DNA of 63,871 nt, counting the filler, from Octopus bimaculoides (taxonomy: Eukaryota), in the NCBI RefSeq assembly GCF_001194135.2. It is 8 parts of 7 records of this genome, joined end to end, with 100 filler letters (N's around TTAATTAATTAA, not from the genome) between each part and the next. Parts side by side here need not be neighbours in the genome. Positions count along the whole stretch, not along the records: positions 1 to 25,735 come from NC_069002.1; positions 25,836 to 40,601 come from NC_069000.1; 6 more parts are not named here. One strand, written 5' to 3'. The translations under genes and the position numbers were made by a program. Positions 24,251-34,835 of this stretch are shown piece after piece. The notes under the pieces were generated by a model. The model did not search any database and was not told the origin of the DNA. It saw only the letters and a program-made list of their open reading frames with translations. How positions within the stretch are numbered: the first letter of the stretch is position 1; every line of letters begins with the position of its first letter.

Positions 24251-24584
24251 TATATATGTATATATTCATGTATATGAGTGTGTCAGTATGTCAAGTGTGT
24301 CTGTATGTGTATGAATGCATGTATATATATGTATACATGTGTGTATTAGTGCATGTGTATATATATTGACACAATGATGCAAACAAATAGATAAAACTCC
24401 TTGGGTTTGATATACAAAATATATACATGTAGATAGCGAAAGCGCTAATATGTGTATAAAATAAATGAAAGAAGTTATTCCAAAATTCTGACGACTTTTT
24501 TTTTTCAATATTTAATTCTGTACATCACACCTAACACTCTACACATACATGTAGATATATACATGTAGATATAAACATGTAAAT

Positions 24585-24929
24585 AAGTGATTCTCAACCA
24601 GGATTCATATGGCCCCTGAGTATCCTTATAAGATTGGGGCAGGGTCCATGCAACAAAATAACAAGTTGGGGATCCACAATAGTATTTTAAAGGCCACTGA
24701 TAAAATATTGCTTTAGATGTATGTAGTGGTATGCATGGCAAGAAAAAGCTAGGTTTCTTTCTCCAATATAGTTGAACCTACACAACTTAATGTGTGAAAA
24801 ATAAAATAGGAATTCAGAAAAATGTTACCATAAAATTAGTTTTTAAACATCACATGGCTATAGGGGTCTACCAGAATAAAATAGTAATTAAAGGGGTCCA
24901 TAGATTTAAAAAGTGGTTGAGAACCACTG
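24585..24929. mobile_element. hAT (Charlie-like) MITE with 8-bp target site duplication
   Basis: TIRs AAGTGATTCTCAACC / GGTTGAGAACCACTG; ATGTAAAT at both 24577-24584 and 24930-24937. Confidence 0.9.
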
Positions 24930-25675
24930 ATGTAAATAAAGAAAAGTCAAAAACTGATCATTTCTAGATGTTTAACATTCAAGTATAAATATATATATAC
25001 TTATATATTAATAGGACAAACTTACTCAGATTATAGACACAGAAAATGAAGGGGAGAAAGTATGGTGGTGTATGTTCATGTGTTCAAATATATTTTTGAT
25101 GTGTGTGTCTGTGTTATGTGTGTAATCATGGTTGTATATGTGCATCTGTCTATGCATGTACTTATGTATAAGTGTGTGTGTGTGTGTATGAGTGTGCAAA
25201 TTTATGATGTATGTTATTATGTATGTGATGTGTGTGTGTATGATTGTTATCAACACATTGCTAAGCATGAGCAGTCTCTCAAATCATAGATTCACTGATC
25301 CACGACCTCTGGCTGTGGTGTATGTTGTATTTCACTCTTAATACAACTCAGATATTCTGCCAAATTCTGAATCATATGAAACTGCAGTTCAAATAGTGTT
25401 GCTGGTTTGGAGAGTAAATTCTGGAACTAAGCATCCTCAGCGTGAAGTTTAGCTTCATCTTAGAGAGCATTTTTTGTCAAAGGGCTTCTAACATGTATCA
25501 TGTATGCTTACTTTTTGTGTTTGATCAAGTAAATTTCTCTGGATATTTTCTTCCTTTGATTTTTTAGCTTAATGGTGATTAAGTTAGAATTCAGTTACAT
25601 TATTTGCTAATGATTTATTTTTTGCTTATTTATTAATGGTTTAATTGGGAACTTGATGCCCAGGAAATGATATCT

Positions 25676-25735
<60 letters not shown>

Positions 25736-25779
25736 NNNNNNNNNNNNNNNNNNNNNNNNNNNNNNNNNNNNNNNNNNNN

Positions 25780-25791
25780 TTAATTAATTAA
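25780..25791. other. assembly join marker TTAATTAATTAA inside a 100-nt N block (also 40646, 53177, 55732, 57859, 60336, 62683)
   Basis: Identical 12-mer centred in about 44 N on each side seven times; it gives stops in all six frames. Confidence 0.95.
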
Positions 25792-25852
25792 NNNNNNNNN
25801 NNNNNNNNNNNNNNNNNNNNNNNNNNNNNNNNNNNTATATATATATATATAT

Positions 25853-26028
25853 GTTCTTTTCATTATTTGCATTATTTACATTCGACTGATATTTGTTCTC
25901 ATCTTGTTTGTTGTTAACACAACGTTTCGGCTGATATACCCTCCAGCCATCTTCAGGTGTCTTGCGGAAATTTCGAACCGGGGTTCTAATTCTTAAGGTA
26001 TTTTTCGATGTTGTTGTTGTTGTTGTTG

Positions 26029-26087
<59 letters not shown>

Positions 26088-26152
26088 GTTCAGGTCATTG
26101 CTTGGAATCGAACTCGGAATGTTGGGGTTAGTAGCCCGCGCTCTTAATCACT
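25853..26152 (-). mobile_element. tRNA-headed SINE carrying a hammerhead motif, family 1 copy a
   Basis: Head with B-box GTTCGATTCC, (AAT)n(AAC)n linker, body AACATCGAAAAATACCTTA..., hammerhead, tail AATAATGAAAAGAA into (TA)n. Confidence 0.75.
25916..25961 (-). ncRNA. minimal type I hammerhead ribozyme motif with intact core
   Basis: GACAC-CUGAAGA-U-GGCUG(GAGGGUAUAU)CAGCC-GAAACGU-U-GUGUU: stem I 5 bp, stem II 5 bp, palindromic ACGU stem III, GUU triplet. Confidence 0.75.
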
Positions 26153-26159
26153 TATTTTC

Positions 26160-26300
26160 CAGTGGTGTTAAAATAATAGACAGAGAACACCACTGGAAAA
26201 TACAAAAAAACTAAAAGAAGCAGCACATATGCTAGGACACAACGACCTCCTAAGCAGACCGAGTGCAACATATGAGCAACATATGGGAACCGGTATTAAG
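26160..26300 (+). mobile_element. probable Penelope-like element C-terminal (post GIY-YIG) fragment
   Basis: GVKIIDREHHWKI, then after a frameshift KLKEAAHMLGHNDLLSRPS, matching the PLE terminal pattern DRE..W..R..KEA. Confidence 0.6.
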
Positions 26301-26305
26301 GAAGG

Positions 26306-26560
26306 ATGTGGAGGCGCGTGGCTTAGTGGTTAGGGTGTCAGCATCCTGATCATAAGATTGTGGTTTCGATTCCTGGACCGGCGACGCGTTGTGTTCTTGA
26401 GCAAAACACTTCATTTCATGTTGCTCCAGTCCACTCAGCTGGTAAAAATGAGTAACGCTGCGATGGACTGGCGTCCCGTCCAGCTGGGGAACACATACGC
26501 CATTGAAACCGGGAAACCGGGCCCATGAGCCTGGCTAGGCTTTAAAAAGGGCGAAAAAAA
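26306..26560 (+). mobile_element. tRNA-derived SINE
   Basis: A-box TGGCTTAGTGG, B-box GTTTCGATTCC, central GTGTTCTTGAGCAAAACACTT; head resembles the OR-like family. Confidence 0.75.
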
Positions 26561-26624
26561 AATTAAGGAGGGATAGAAAAATATTAGATTTATAAGCTCT
26601 AAAATTCACTCCCTAATTGCCCAC

Positions 26625-26846
26625 GGGCATATGGCGTAGTGGTTAAGAGCGCAGCCTACTAACCCCAAGATTCCGAGTCCAAGCTGTGAGAATAGCAACA
26701 ACATCGAAAAATACCTTAGGTATGAGAACCCAGGTTCGAAATTTCCCCAAAACACCTGATGAAGGCTGGAGGGTATATCAGCCAAAACATTGTGTTAACA
26801 ACAAACAAGATGAGGACAAATATCCGTCTAATGTAAATAATGAAAA

Positions 26847-26849
<3 letters not shown>
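26625..26849 (+). mobile_element. tRNA-headed SINE carrying a hammerhead motif, family 1 copy b
   Basis: A-box TGGCGTAGTGG at 26632; body and tail are the reverse complement of copy a. Confidence 0.75.
26751..26796 (+). ncRNA. hammerhead motif, probably inactivated
   Basis: AACAC-CUGAUGA-A-GGCUG...CAGCC-AAAACAU-U-GUGUU; G12 and G16.2 are both changed to A at CpG sites. Confidence 0.6.
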
Positions 26850-26885
<36 letters not shown>

Positions 26886-27632
26886 TTGTCTGTACGTCCC
26901 AGTATTGCATTTTTATGTGTGTGTATTTGTTGTACACAAGTGTAACTTTTTTATTCTCTTTCCTTCATGAATAGACAGCAATTATTTTCCCGTGTTGATA
27001 AAATTTTCTTTTCCTACACAATTTTATTTATATTGAGTTGGTACTTTTTCGATGTTTTTGTTGTTCTTTTTAAAATTTCGTAACCCACATGGATATTGAA
27101 TATCTATATATCTGTGAGAATGCGTACGTGCGCGTGTTTGCACAAGTGTGTGCATGTGAGTGAGTGTGTGTGGATGTGTGTTTGCATGTGTGTGGATGTG
27201 TGTGTTAGTGCGTGTATGTGCGTATTTGGAAGTTTGTGGGCGTGTTCAAGTATCTGTGTGTTATGTGTGTGTGTGTGTGAATGCGTGTGTGCGCGTATTT
27301 GTGAATATGTGTGCGTGTTTACGTATCTGTGGATGCATGTGTGTACGTGTGTGTGTGTGTGCGTGTGTATTTATGAGTATGTGTGTATGCGTGCACGTAT
27401 CTGTGTTTGTGTGTGTGTGTGTGTGTGTATGTGTGTATGTCCGTGTCATTACATAACTTTGTGATGAAAACAGAAGTTTATAAATATCGCGGTTTATTTA
27501 TAAATACCCAATTAACCGACGTTAGCAACTCATTTGTATCCCGCTTAATTACATTTTAATTATTGAAAATGAAAAAGATACATTCGATGGCCCTTGAGTT
27601 TGATGCAATTGATGTTGATTTTATTCTAAATA

Positions 27633-28016
27633 TTGTTGGCACTCCGTCGCTTACGACGACGAGGGTCCCAGTTGATCCGATCAACGGAACAGCCTGCTCG
27701 TGAAATTAACGTGTAAGTGGCTGAGCACTCCACAGACACGTGTACCCTTAACGTAGTTCTCGGGGACATTCAGCGTGACACGGTGTGACAAGTCTGGCCC
27801 TTTGAATTACAGGCACAACAGAAACAGGAAGTAAGAGTGAGAGAAAGTTGTGGTGAAAGAGTACAGCAGGGTTCGCCACCATCCCCTGCCGGAGCCTCGT
27901 GGAGCTTTTAGGTGTTTTCGCTCAATAAACACTTACAACGCCCGGTCTGGGAATCGAAACCGCGATCCTATGACCGCGAGTCCGCTGCCCTAACCACTGG
28001 GCCATTGCGCCTCCAC
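27633..28016 (-). mobile_element. full-length tRNA-derived SINE (OR-like family), copy 2
   Basis: Minus head GTGGAGGCGCAATGGCCCAGTGGTTAGGGCAGCGG...GTTTCGATTCCC; 3' hairpin CGTCGTAAGCGACGG. Confidence 0.85.
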
Positions 28017-28276
28017 TCTAAATATTGATAGATGCAGGAAACGGACAACGAGGTGGGAGAGGAATCTCCGAAGTACAAATATTCCGGAGAGGGTGAGCTG
28101 GCTGTAGAAGTGAATATGTGGTGTTGTTATTACTGGATACGCTACGCCTAGCAAACAGAGAAAAGACGTGTGAGTGTGGTGCACCTAAAATGGAGACCTA
28201 TCAGCTTTAAGGAGCATAGGCCAACGTTATAAAGTCAGAATACATAGAGTATCTGTGGGCAACAGATTAGGGTTTA

Positions 28277-28653
28277 AAGTAGTCGTATGCTGTCAACTTA
28301 ATGTGACAGTCCCCCGAAGGGAATAATACTACTGTTGGTTAGACCTAGGAAGCTGCACCGCTTCCTGTCGGCCTTGACACATTTCCTGTGTCCTTATGTT
28401 TACAAGGGGGAGACAAGCACCTCCACTCAGCTAGGCCCGCATCCAGAGACATATTTCTGAGTCTTTGCTCGTCATCAGTCTGGAGTAGCATGACCTGCTA
28501 GTCGAAGGACACAGGAAATGTGTCATAAGGACATAAGGACACAGGAAATGTGTCAAGGCCGACAGGAAGCGGTGCAGCTTCCTAGGTCTAACCAACAGTA
28601 GTATTATTCCCTTCAGGGGACTGTCACATTAAGTTGACAGCATACAACTACTT
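28277..28653. repeat. long near-perfect inverted repeat (arms 28277-28399 and 28531-28653) around a 131-bp spacer
   Basis: Arms of about 123 bp are reverse complements with very few mismatches; a 21-bp direct duplication lies at 28505 and 28535. Confidence 0.92.
28442..28484 (-). ncRNA. minimal type I hammerhead motif, family 3
   Basis: UCCAGA-CUGAUGA-C-GAG(CAAAGA)CUC-A-GAAA(UAUG)U-C-UCUGGA: stem I 6 bp, 1-bp stem III with tetraloop, GUC triplet. Confidence 0.65.
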
Positions 28654-28929
28654 CATCGTATCACTACTGCATAAATCTTTCTGAGAGATTTAGAAATGTA
28701 TTATTTCTAGATTAGGGTTTGTTGGAAATAACGGATATCTATTTTGAGATGCAGTCTGTCGTTTTACGGTGTTTAGTAGCAGCGCCTCCTCAGATGTGGC
28801 GGCACCAATTTAATTTCGGATTTCTCTTAATACCGCGAAGCATTTCGCCCGGCGTGCTAACGATTCTGCCAGCTCGCTGCCCTTAAGATTATAGATATTT
28901 CCACACCTAGGAACTCACGCATAGGAGGG

Positions 28930-29060
28930 TACGCTGTTTATCTTGATATGAGATCACCATGTCGCGCACATATGGCTGTGATGCATGCACCTGGTGTACT
29001 CTTATCAGACAGGTAGTCATGATGAGTATACTGAGCTTCGTATATTTCACTTTGATGGCA
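28930..29060 (+). repeat. dispersed repeat fragment; longer inverted copy at 38580-39010
   Basis: CTGTTTATCTTGATATGAGATC...GTGATGCATG...CTTATCAGAC...GTCATGATG is shared by both loci. Confidence 0.75.
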
Positions 29061-29078
29061 TGGACTGCTCTCTCACTC

Positions 29079-29115
<37 letters not shown>

Positions 29116-29139
29116 GTAATAATAATAATATTAATAATA

Positions 29140-29331
29140 GAAAAGAAACATAACAAGTAACTGTAGAATATGTGGTGATGGACAAGAAACAATAAATCAT
29201 ATTATCTCTGGTTGCCCAGTCCTGGTTAAGAAGGAATATATTCACAGACACGACAGAGCTGGGACCTATATACACTGGAAGCTATGCCAACACTATGGAA
29301 TAACAACAGAAAAAAGATGGTATAAACACAC
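29140..29331 (+). mobile_element. 5'-truncated R4/Dong-clade retrotransposon (CCHC region) in a (TAA)n tract, running into a gap
   Basis: Open frame CRICGDGQETINHIISGCPVLVKKEYIHRHDRAGTYIHWKLCQHYGITTEKRWYKH; (AAT)n at 29079-29140 and 29695-29753. Confidence 0.85.
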
Positions 29332-29694
29332 NNNNNNNNNNNNNNNNNNNNNNNNNNNNNNNNNNNNNNNNNNNNNNNNNNNNNNNNNNNNNNNNNNNNN
29401 NNNNNNNNNNNNNNNNNNNNNNNNNNNNNNNNNNNNNNNNNNNNNNNNNNNNNNNNNNNNNNNNNNNNNNNNNNNNNNNNNNNNNNNNNNNNNNNNNNNN
29501 NNNNNNNNNNNNNNNNNNNNNNNNNNNNNNNNNNNNNNNNNNNNNNNNNNNNNNNNNNNNNNNNNNNNNNNNNNNNNNNNNNNNNNNNNNNNNNNNNNNN
29601 NNNNNNNNNNNNNNNNNNNNNNNNNNNNNNNNNNNNNNNNNNNNNNNNNNNNNNNNNNNNNNNNNNNNNNNNNNNNNNNNNNNNNNNNNNNNNN

Positions 29695-29754
<60 letters not shown>

Positions 29755-29870
29755 GTTTTTTCTACTCTAGGCACAAAGCCGGAAATTTTTGGAAAGGGGA
29801 CCAGTCGATTGGATCGACCCCAGTACGCAACTGGTACTTAATTTATCGACCCCGAAAGGATGAAAGGCAA
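29755..29870 (-). mobile_element. Nin/Deu-like SINE 3' part
   Basis: TCGACCCCAGTACGCAACTGGTACTTAATTTATCGACCCCGAAAGGATGAAAGGCAAA is the reverse complement of the 14395 central domain. Confidence 0.75.
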
Positions 29871-30841
29871 ATGATAATAATAATCTTTAACAACACAATA
29901 TTATACCATGATTGATTATTTTTATATGAGAATTGATTAAAAATAATTTGCGTGAGTTTTCCATCCTCGCAGCTAAAGAAACATATTCAAGTATATTCAC
30001 TCCGTTTCTTTATTTCGCTATTATCACAGTTTAAATGATTGTTATCATTCAAATCGACTTTTTTAAATGTGATTCTGTTGCTTCTCTCCCCGTTACAATA
30101 GAACAGTTTCGAGGTTTTTCGATCGAAAAATCTTGTAAAAGGAAGTAAAAACAAATAATTAAAGACACAAATTAAGTGGAAAAGAAAAACGCTTTCGCTG
30201 TTGTTGTGGTTAATGGTGGTGATTGTGGTGGTGGTGGTGGCAATGATGAAGATGTTGATGATGATGATGATGGTGGTGGTGATATTGATGGTGATAAGGA
30301 TGATGATGATGATGATTATGGTGATGGTATTGCTGATGGGGATAGTTATGATGAAGATGATAATGGTGACTATGACGACGACGACGATGATGATGACGAT
30401 GATCATGACGATTGTGTTGGTGATGATGATGATAAGTTTATGTCGATCATGTTCTTTTTGTTGTTGATGATGAAGATGATGAAGAGGCTGATGATGATAA
30501 CAAGTTGCTAATAATGATGATGATGGCGGTGGTCGTGATGATGCGACAGAGAAGAGAAAAGTAATAGAAAGCTGTCTACAAAAGATTTAGGAAAACAAAA
30601 GTGAAAAGAATTTGAAAGATGTTGTTTTTGAAGTTCAACTTCAAAGTCAACACTAATAAACGCTCATCAAAAACATTCTAACTGCGACCGTCTCTTATTC
30701 TTCAGTCATTGTGTATTATATTTTAAGACGGTAGGGGCATAATTTGAGGAAATTGTGATTACCATATCTAGCTGTTCGAGCAATTCACCCTGAGCCTTTC
30801 TCGTTGCTTGGAAATGAATATTTCGAATATGTTTAGTTTAA

Positions 30842-31063
30842 GCATTTCGTTACCAACTCGGCTGAAACCGGCCTTGGCTCTGTAGTACAAATGTCTTGTT
30901 TTCATAAGTTTTGAATTAAAATCTTTCACCAAACCTTAGTCACAATTTATGTTCCTAACACCAGCTTTATGTTAAATAAGTTATTTTACTTAATTCTTTG
31001 TTATATTTAACATTAATTGAAAGAGACACAGAGCATCCCAACAGAAATATGGTAACAAAAGGG
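30842..31063. mobile_element. piggyBac-type MITE, copy 1 of a tandem pair
   Basis: TTAA|GCATTTCGTTACC ... GGTAACAAAAGGG|TTAA. Confidence 0.8.
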
Positions 31064-31094
31064 TTAAAATATATAATAAAGGAACAATTCTTAA

Positions 31095-31314
31095 CCCATT
31101 TGATACCAACCCGGCTGAAACCACCTCTGGCTCTGAGTACAAATGTCTTGTTTTCATAAGTTCTGAATTAAAATCTTCCACCAAACCTTAGTCACAATTT
31201 ATGTTCCTAATACTAGCTTAATGATAACCAAGTTATTTTACTTAATTCGTTGTTATAGTTAAAGTAATTGAAAGAAACACAGAGCATGTAAAAATAAATA
31301 CAGTAACGAAAGGG
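31095..31314. mobile_element. piggyBac-type MITE, copy 2 of a tandem pair
   Basis: TTAA|CCCATTTGATACC ... AGTAACGAAAGGG|TTAA; internal sequence alignable with copy 1. Confidence 0.85.
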
Positions 31315-31863
31315 TTAAGGATTGCGATGATATCAACAACCATTCATTTTATGGGTTAATGTAATCGATTTAAGAGTTTAAATGCTTCTGAAGTTGACTT
31401 GGCCGTTTGTAATTACGGAGTCCAGAAAAAAAGTAGCAGGTGAGCACTGGGGTTAATGTAATCGGCTGACCCCCTCTTCTCAAAATTGCTGGCCTTTTGC
31501 CGCAAAACAAATTGAAGGAAAATCATTGTGATCGATTTAATTATTCAGTCTTGTGTTGATAACTGCATGATCAATCCATACCCTCTGGAATAAAGGCTAA
31601 AGGCAAGCGTGTCAGGTTTTGAGATTACAGTGCAAATATAGTTAATTAAATGTCTACCAAGATACTTTTCTTCACAACCTTGCTACCAAGATGGTGGACG
31701 GTCAAAATTTACTCGGAATTAAAAAGTGAAACAGAAGACATACACACATACATAGAGAATATACAAAGAGTTTTCGTCAACTGATGTAATGTGATATGTA
31801 TGTATTGTGTGCTCAGTTTGGTTTACCACTAAAACTCCAGCTTGAGACAATCACAGCCATACT

Positions 31864-31994
<131 letters not shown>

Positions 31995-32069
31995 ACACAC
32001 ACACACACATGTATGTATGTATGTATGTATGTATGTATGTATGTATGTATGTAGATATATGTATGTATG

Positions 32070-32480
32070 TATGTATGTATATCCTTATTCAGTTTTATTT
32101 CAAGATTTCTTGCCAATAGGGAAAGAGCCGGTTTCTAACCTAGATTCAAGGATCCTTCATTGGAATTTTAACATAAACACCAGGGTATGTATATGTGCAG
32201 ATTTGTATGTTTTGCTTTATGTATGTATTCTCATGCATATAGTTGCGTATCTACATATACTCATATATATTTAAATGATAAACTTATGGAACGTTTTACA
32301 GATTTTTTACAGTTCCACTGATGGATTAGATCTGTAATCTTTGAAATCAGCTTTCTCCTTTCTTGTTTTGAGAAGTCTAATTTCTCAAGATTAGAACTTA
32401 AGCAGTGTGTTATATATTCTAGTGCCCCAATAATTACAGGTATAAACCTGAACTTGTAATCTGGATAGAGTAACTGTAGA
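32070..32480. repeat. dispersed repeat abutting (TGTA)n; second copy at 56660-56990
   Basis: Shared TTTCTTGCCAATA...CCGGTTTCTAACC...TTTAAATGATAAA...TTACAGTTCCA.TGATGGATT.GATCTGTA; possibly a LINE 3' end on the minus strand. Confidence 0.7.
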
Positions 32481-32554
32481 TTCTTCAGTAGTTGAGCGTA
32501 TGTATGTATGTATGTATGTATGTATGTATGTATGTATGTATGTATGTATGTATG

Positions 32555-32720
32555 TATACGACGAGCTTCGCTCAGTTTCCGTTTACAAATTTCACTCCCA
32601 AGGCTGTGGTCATCCGGTGATTACAGTAGAAGACAAATGACCAAGGTGCCATGCAATGGAACCGAATCCGGATTCATGTGGTTATGAAGCAAGCTTCCTA
32701 CCAATTAGCCACGCTGCTAG
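32555..32720 (-). mobile_element. CORE-like SINE 5' half, diverged
   Basis: Reverse-complement similarity to 12817-12980. Confidence 0.65.
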
Positions 32721-33861
32721 TGACTTATTGAAAGTTTGTATTGGTCACTCATTGTCAGAATAATGCGTCTGAATAACAATTGTCTTTTATTTATACGATT
32801 TTGTGTAAGCGACTACAAATAAGGGAAAGAGAAATCCTACAAATTCAAAGAATGTTGATTAAGCGTTTAAAGGTGTGAATATCATTGATAAGAAGAATGC
32901 AAGACGATGATAATGAGTTCCGGAGAGCAGCAGTTTGAAGAAGGAAGATGTTAGGCNNNNNNNNNNAAACAAAACAAAAAAAACAAAACTAATAGGAAGC
33001 TGAACAGGGAAGCGAGTGCCTGGGAAGGGAGAGAAATATTAGCATTAATGGTAGTAAGATATAAATTAAACTTGGTTCCGGTAAGTTTTCAACCGTTTCA
33101 TAATGAAAGCATTGAATATTTTGTCAGTGAAAAAGAGGAGTGGAAATTTTGTTCTATTGAAAGTAAATTTCTGATGTACACTGATTCGAATTTCGAAGAC
33201 AGCTTTTAAAGTAGCTTCTGATACTTGTATTGGTATGGTATAGCAAATCTAAAATCACCTCATAAAAAAACAAAAACAAAAATGTGGATTGCAATTTAGT
33301 TCTTGGTTGACCTTTGCGGTAAGTTTCATTTCTCGTCGGAATGTAGTATTTCTCACGCTCAAAACTTTCATTTCATATAATTCATAGTCTTTTAGTTTGT
33401 CGTATACTGAGAGATAGAAACAACATTGTACTAACATGGGTTAATATACTTATAGTTGCCATTTACCGACATAGGTATATGAGCAAGTATACTAAAGACC
33501 ATATATTCATTGACCTATGTATGTATGTATATATGCATCTATATATGTACGTATCTATGTATCTGTATATACACACACACACATATAAAAGTAAATGTAC
33601 ACGTACATACACACACATATACAGATACACATACACAAACATACACACACACACATGTGTAGATTTATAAAGCAATATCCACAATAATCCACAATTTTTG
33701 AAAAATTTTAAAACGAAAAAAAGACACAAATGAAAGCATCGCAAAACGTATGACAAGTACTAAAATATGTCTTGATCTTCTGAATATTCTTCTGAATATT
33801 TTTTGAATATTTATTAATATATAAAATATGCACACCACAACAAAAAATCCATCTATCCATC

Positions 33862-33969
<108 letters not shown>

Positions 33970-34379
33970 CACATCAGTAAAGTAACAAGTATTGAAAACG
34001 GAGAGCTTCTGTCAACGAGAAAAGGTTAAGTAACATCGATACATAGAGAGGTGAAATAAAATAAAATAAAATAAAATACAAAAAATAAAAAGAGAAAATA
34101 AACAAGATGTAGAATACGAGGAGGTATAAGGTGGAGGTTTGATTTTGTGCAATCGTTTTTCTAGATATAATAGGTTGAAAAGTTCTAAAAGATCATGGCG
34201 ATAAAAAAGTTTTTGAACATAAAAATTTAAGGATATAGAGGAGGTTTATGGATCTAGAAGTAGATACATAAATAGACAGAGAGATATATGAATCAATAGA
34301 CAGACAGATAAATCGATAGATAGATGGAAAGGCAGACAGATGGATAGATAGATTGGCAAATTGAAGAACAAAATAATAT

Positions 34380-34775
34380 GAAAAACAACAGAAACCGAGG
34401 AGCAGAGGACAACTAGGTTATCCAGATTAGCTGCCGACAGCGCAAGACTCAGCAGATCGAAACTCAGCAGAAAAGCTTGCGTCCCGTCGGGCAAAAATCG
34501 CTCAAATTACTGCAGCTTCACGATCAAATAAATCTACAGAGGAGCGTGCATTTCGGTTAACGCTGAATACTGCCGCGACTGCTGCCGCAAAAGCTACAAA
34601 GACACCTGACCAGCGCGCATCTCGAAATACATGCAATTCTGCCGCGACTGCTGGCGTAAAAGCTACAGAGACACATGAACAGCGCATAACTCGTACAACA
34701 CGCAGTGCTGCCGTAAGGTTGACGAGCTGATTCAAGAGCAACTTAAACCGTCCAAAGGACAGGTACTTTAGCTAG
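34380..34775 (+). mobile_element. Helitron-like fragment with 23-aa STPR-like repeats and canonical 3' end
   Basis: ETEEQRTTRL, KSTEERAFRL, KTPDQRASRN, ETHEQRITRT with 69-nt spacing at 34530/34599/34668; hairpin ACCGTCC-AAA-GGACAGGT (34747-34764) followed by CTAG|T at 34772-34776. Confidence 0.7.
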
Positions 34776-34835
34776 TATATATATAAGTTAGCTATGCTTT
34801 GATCAAAGATTGGGCTTAGCCATGTCTAGCTAAGT

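Noticed and set aside
26306-28016. tRNA-like heads as functional tRNA genes
   Set aside because: They continue into repeated SINE bodies and lack complete cloverleaves
30176-30511. Asp-rich acidic ORF resembling a biomineralisation protein
   Set aside because: Degenerate (GAT/GGT)n repeat open in several frames on both strands; no signal peptide or splice support
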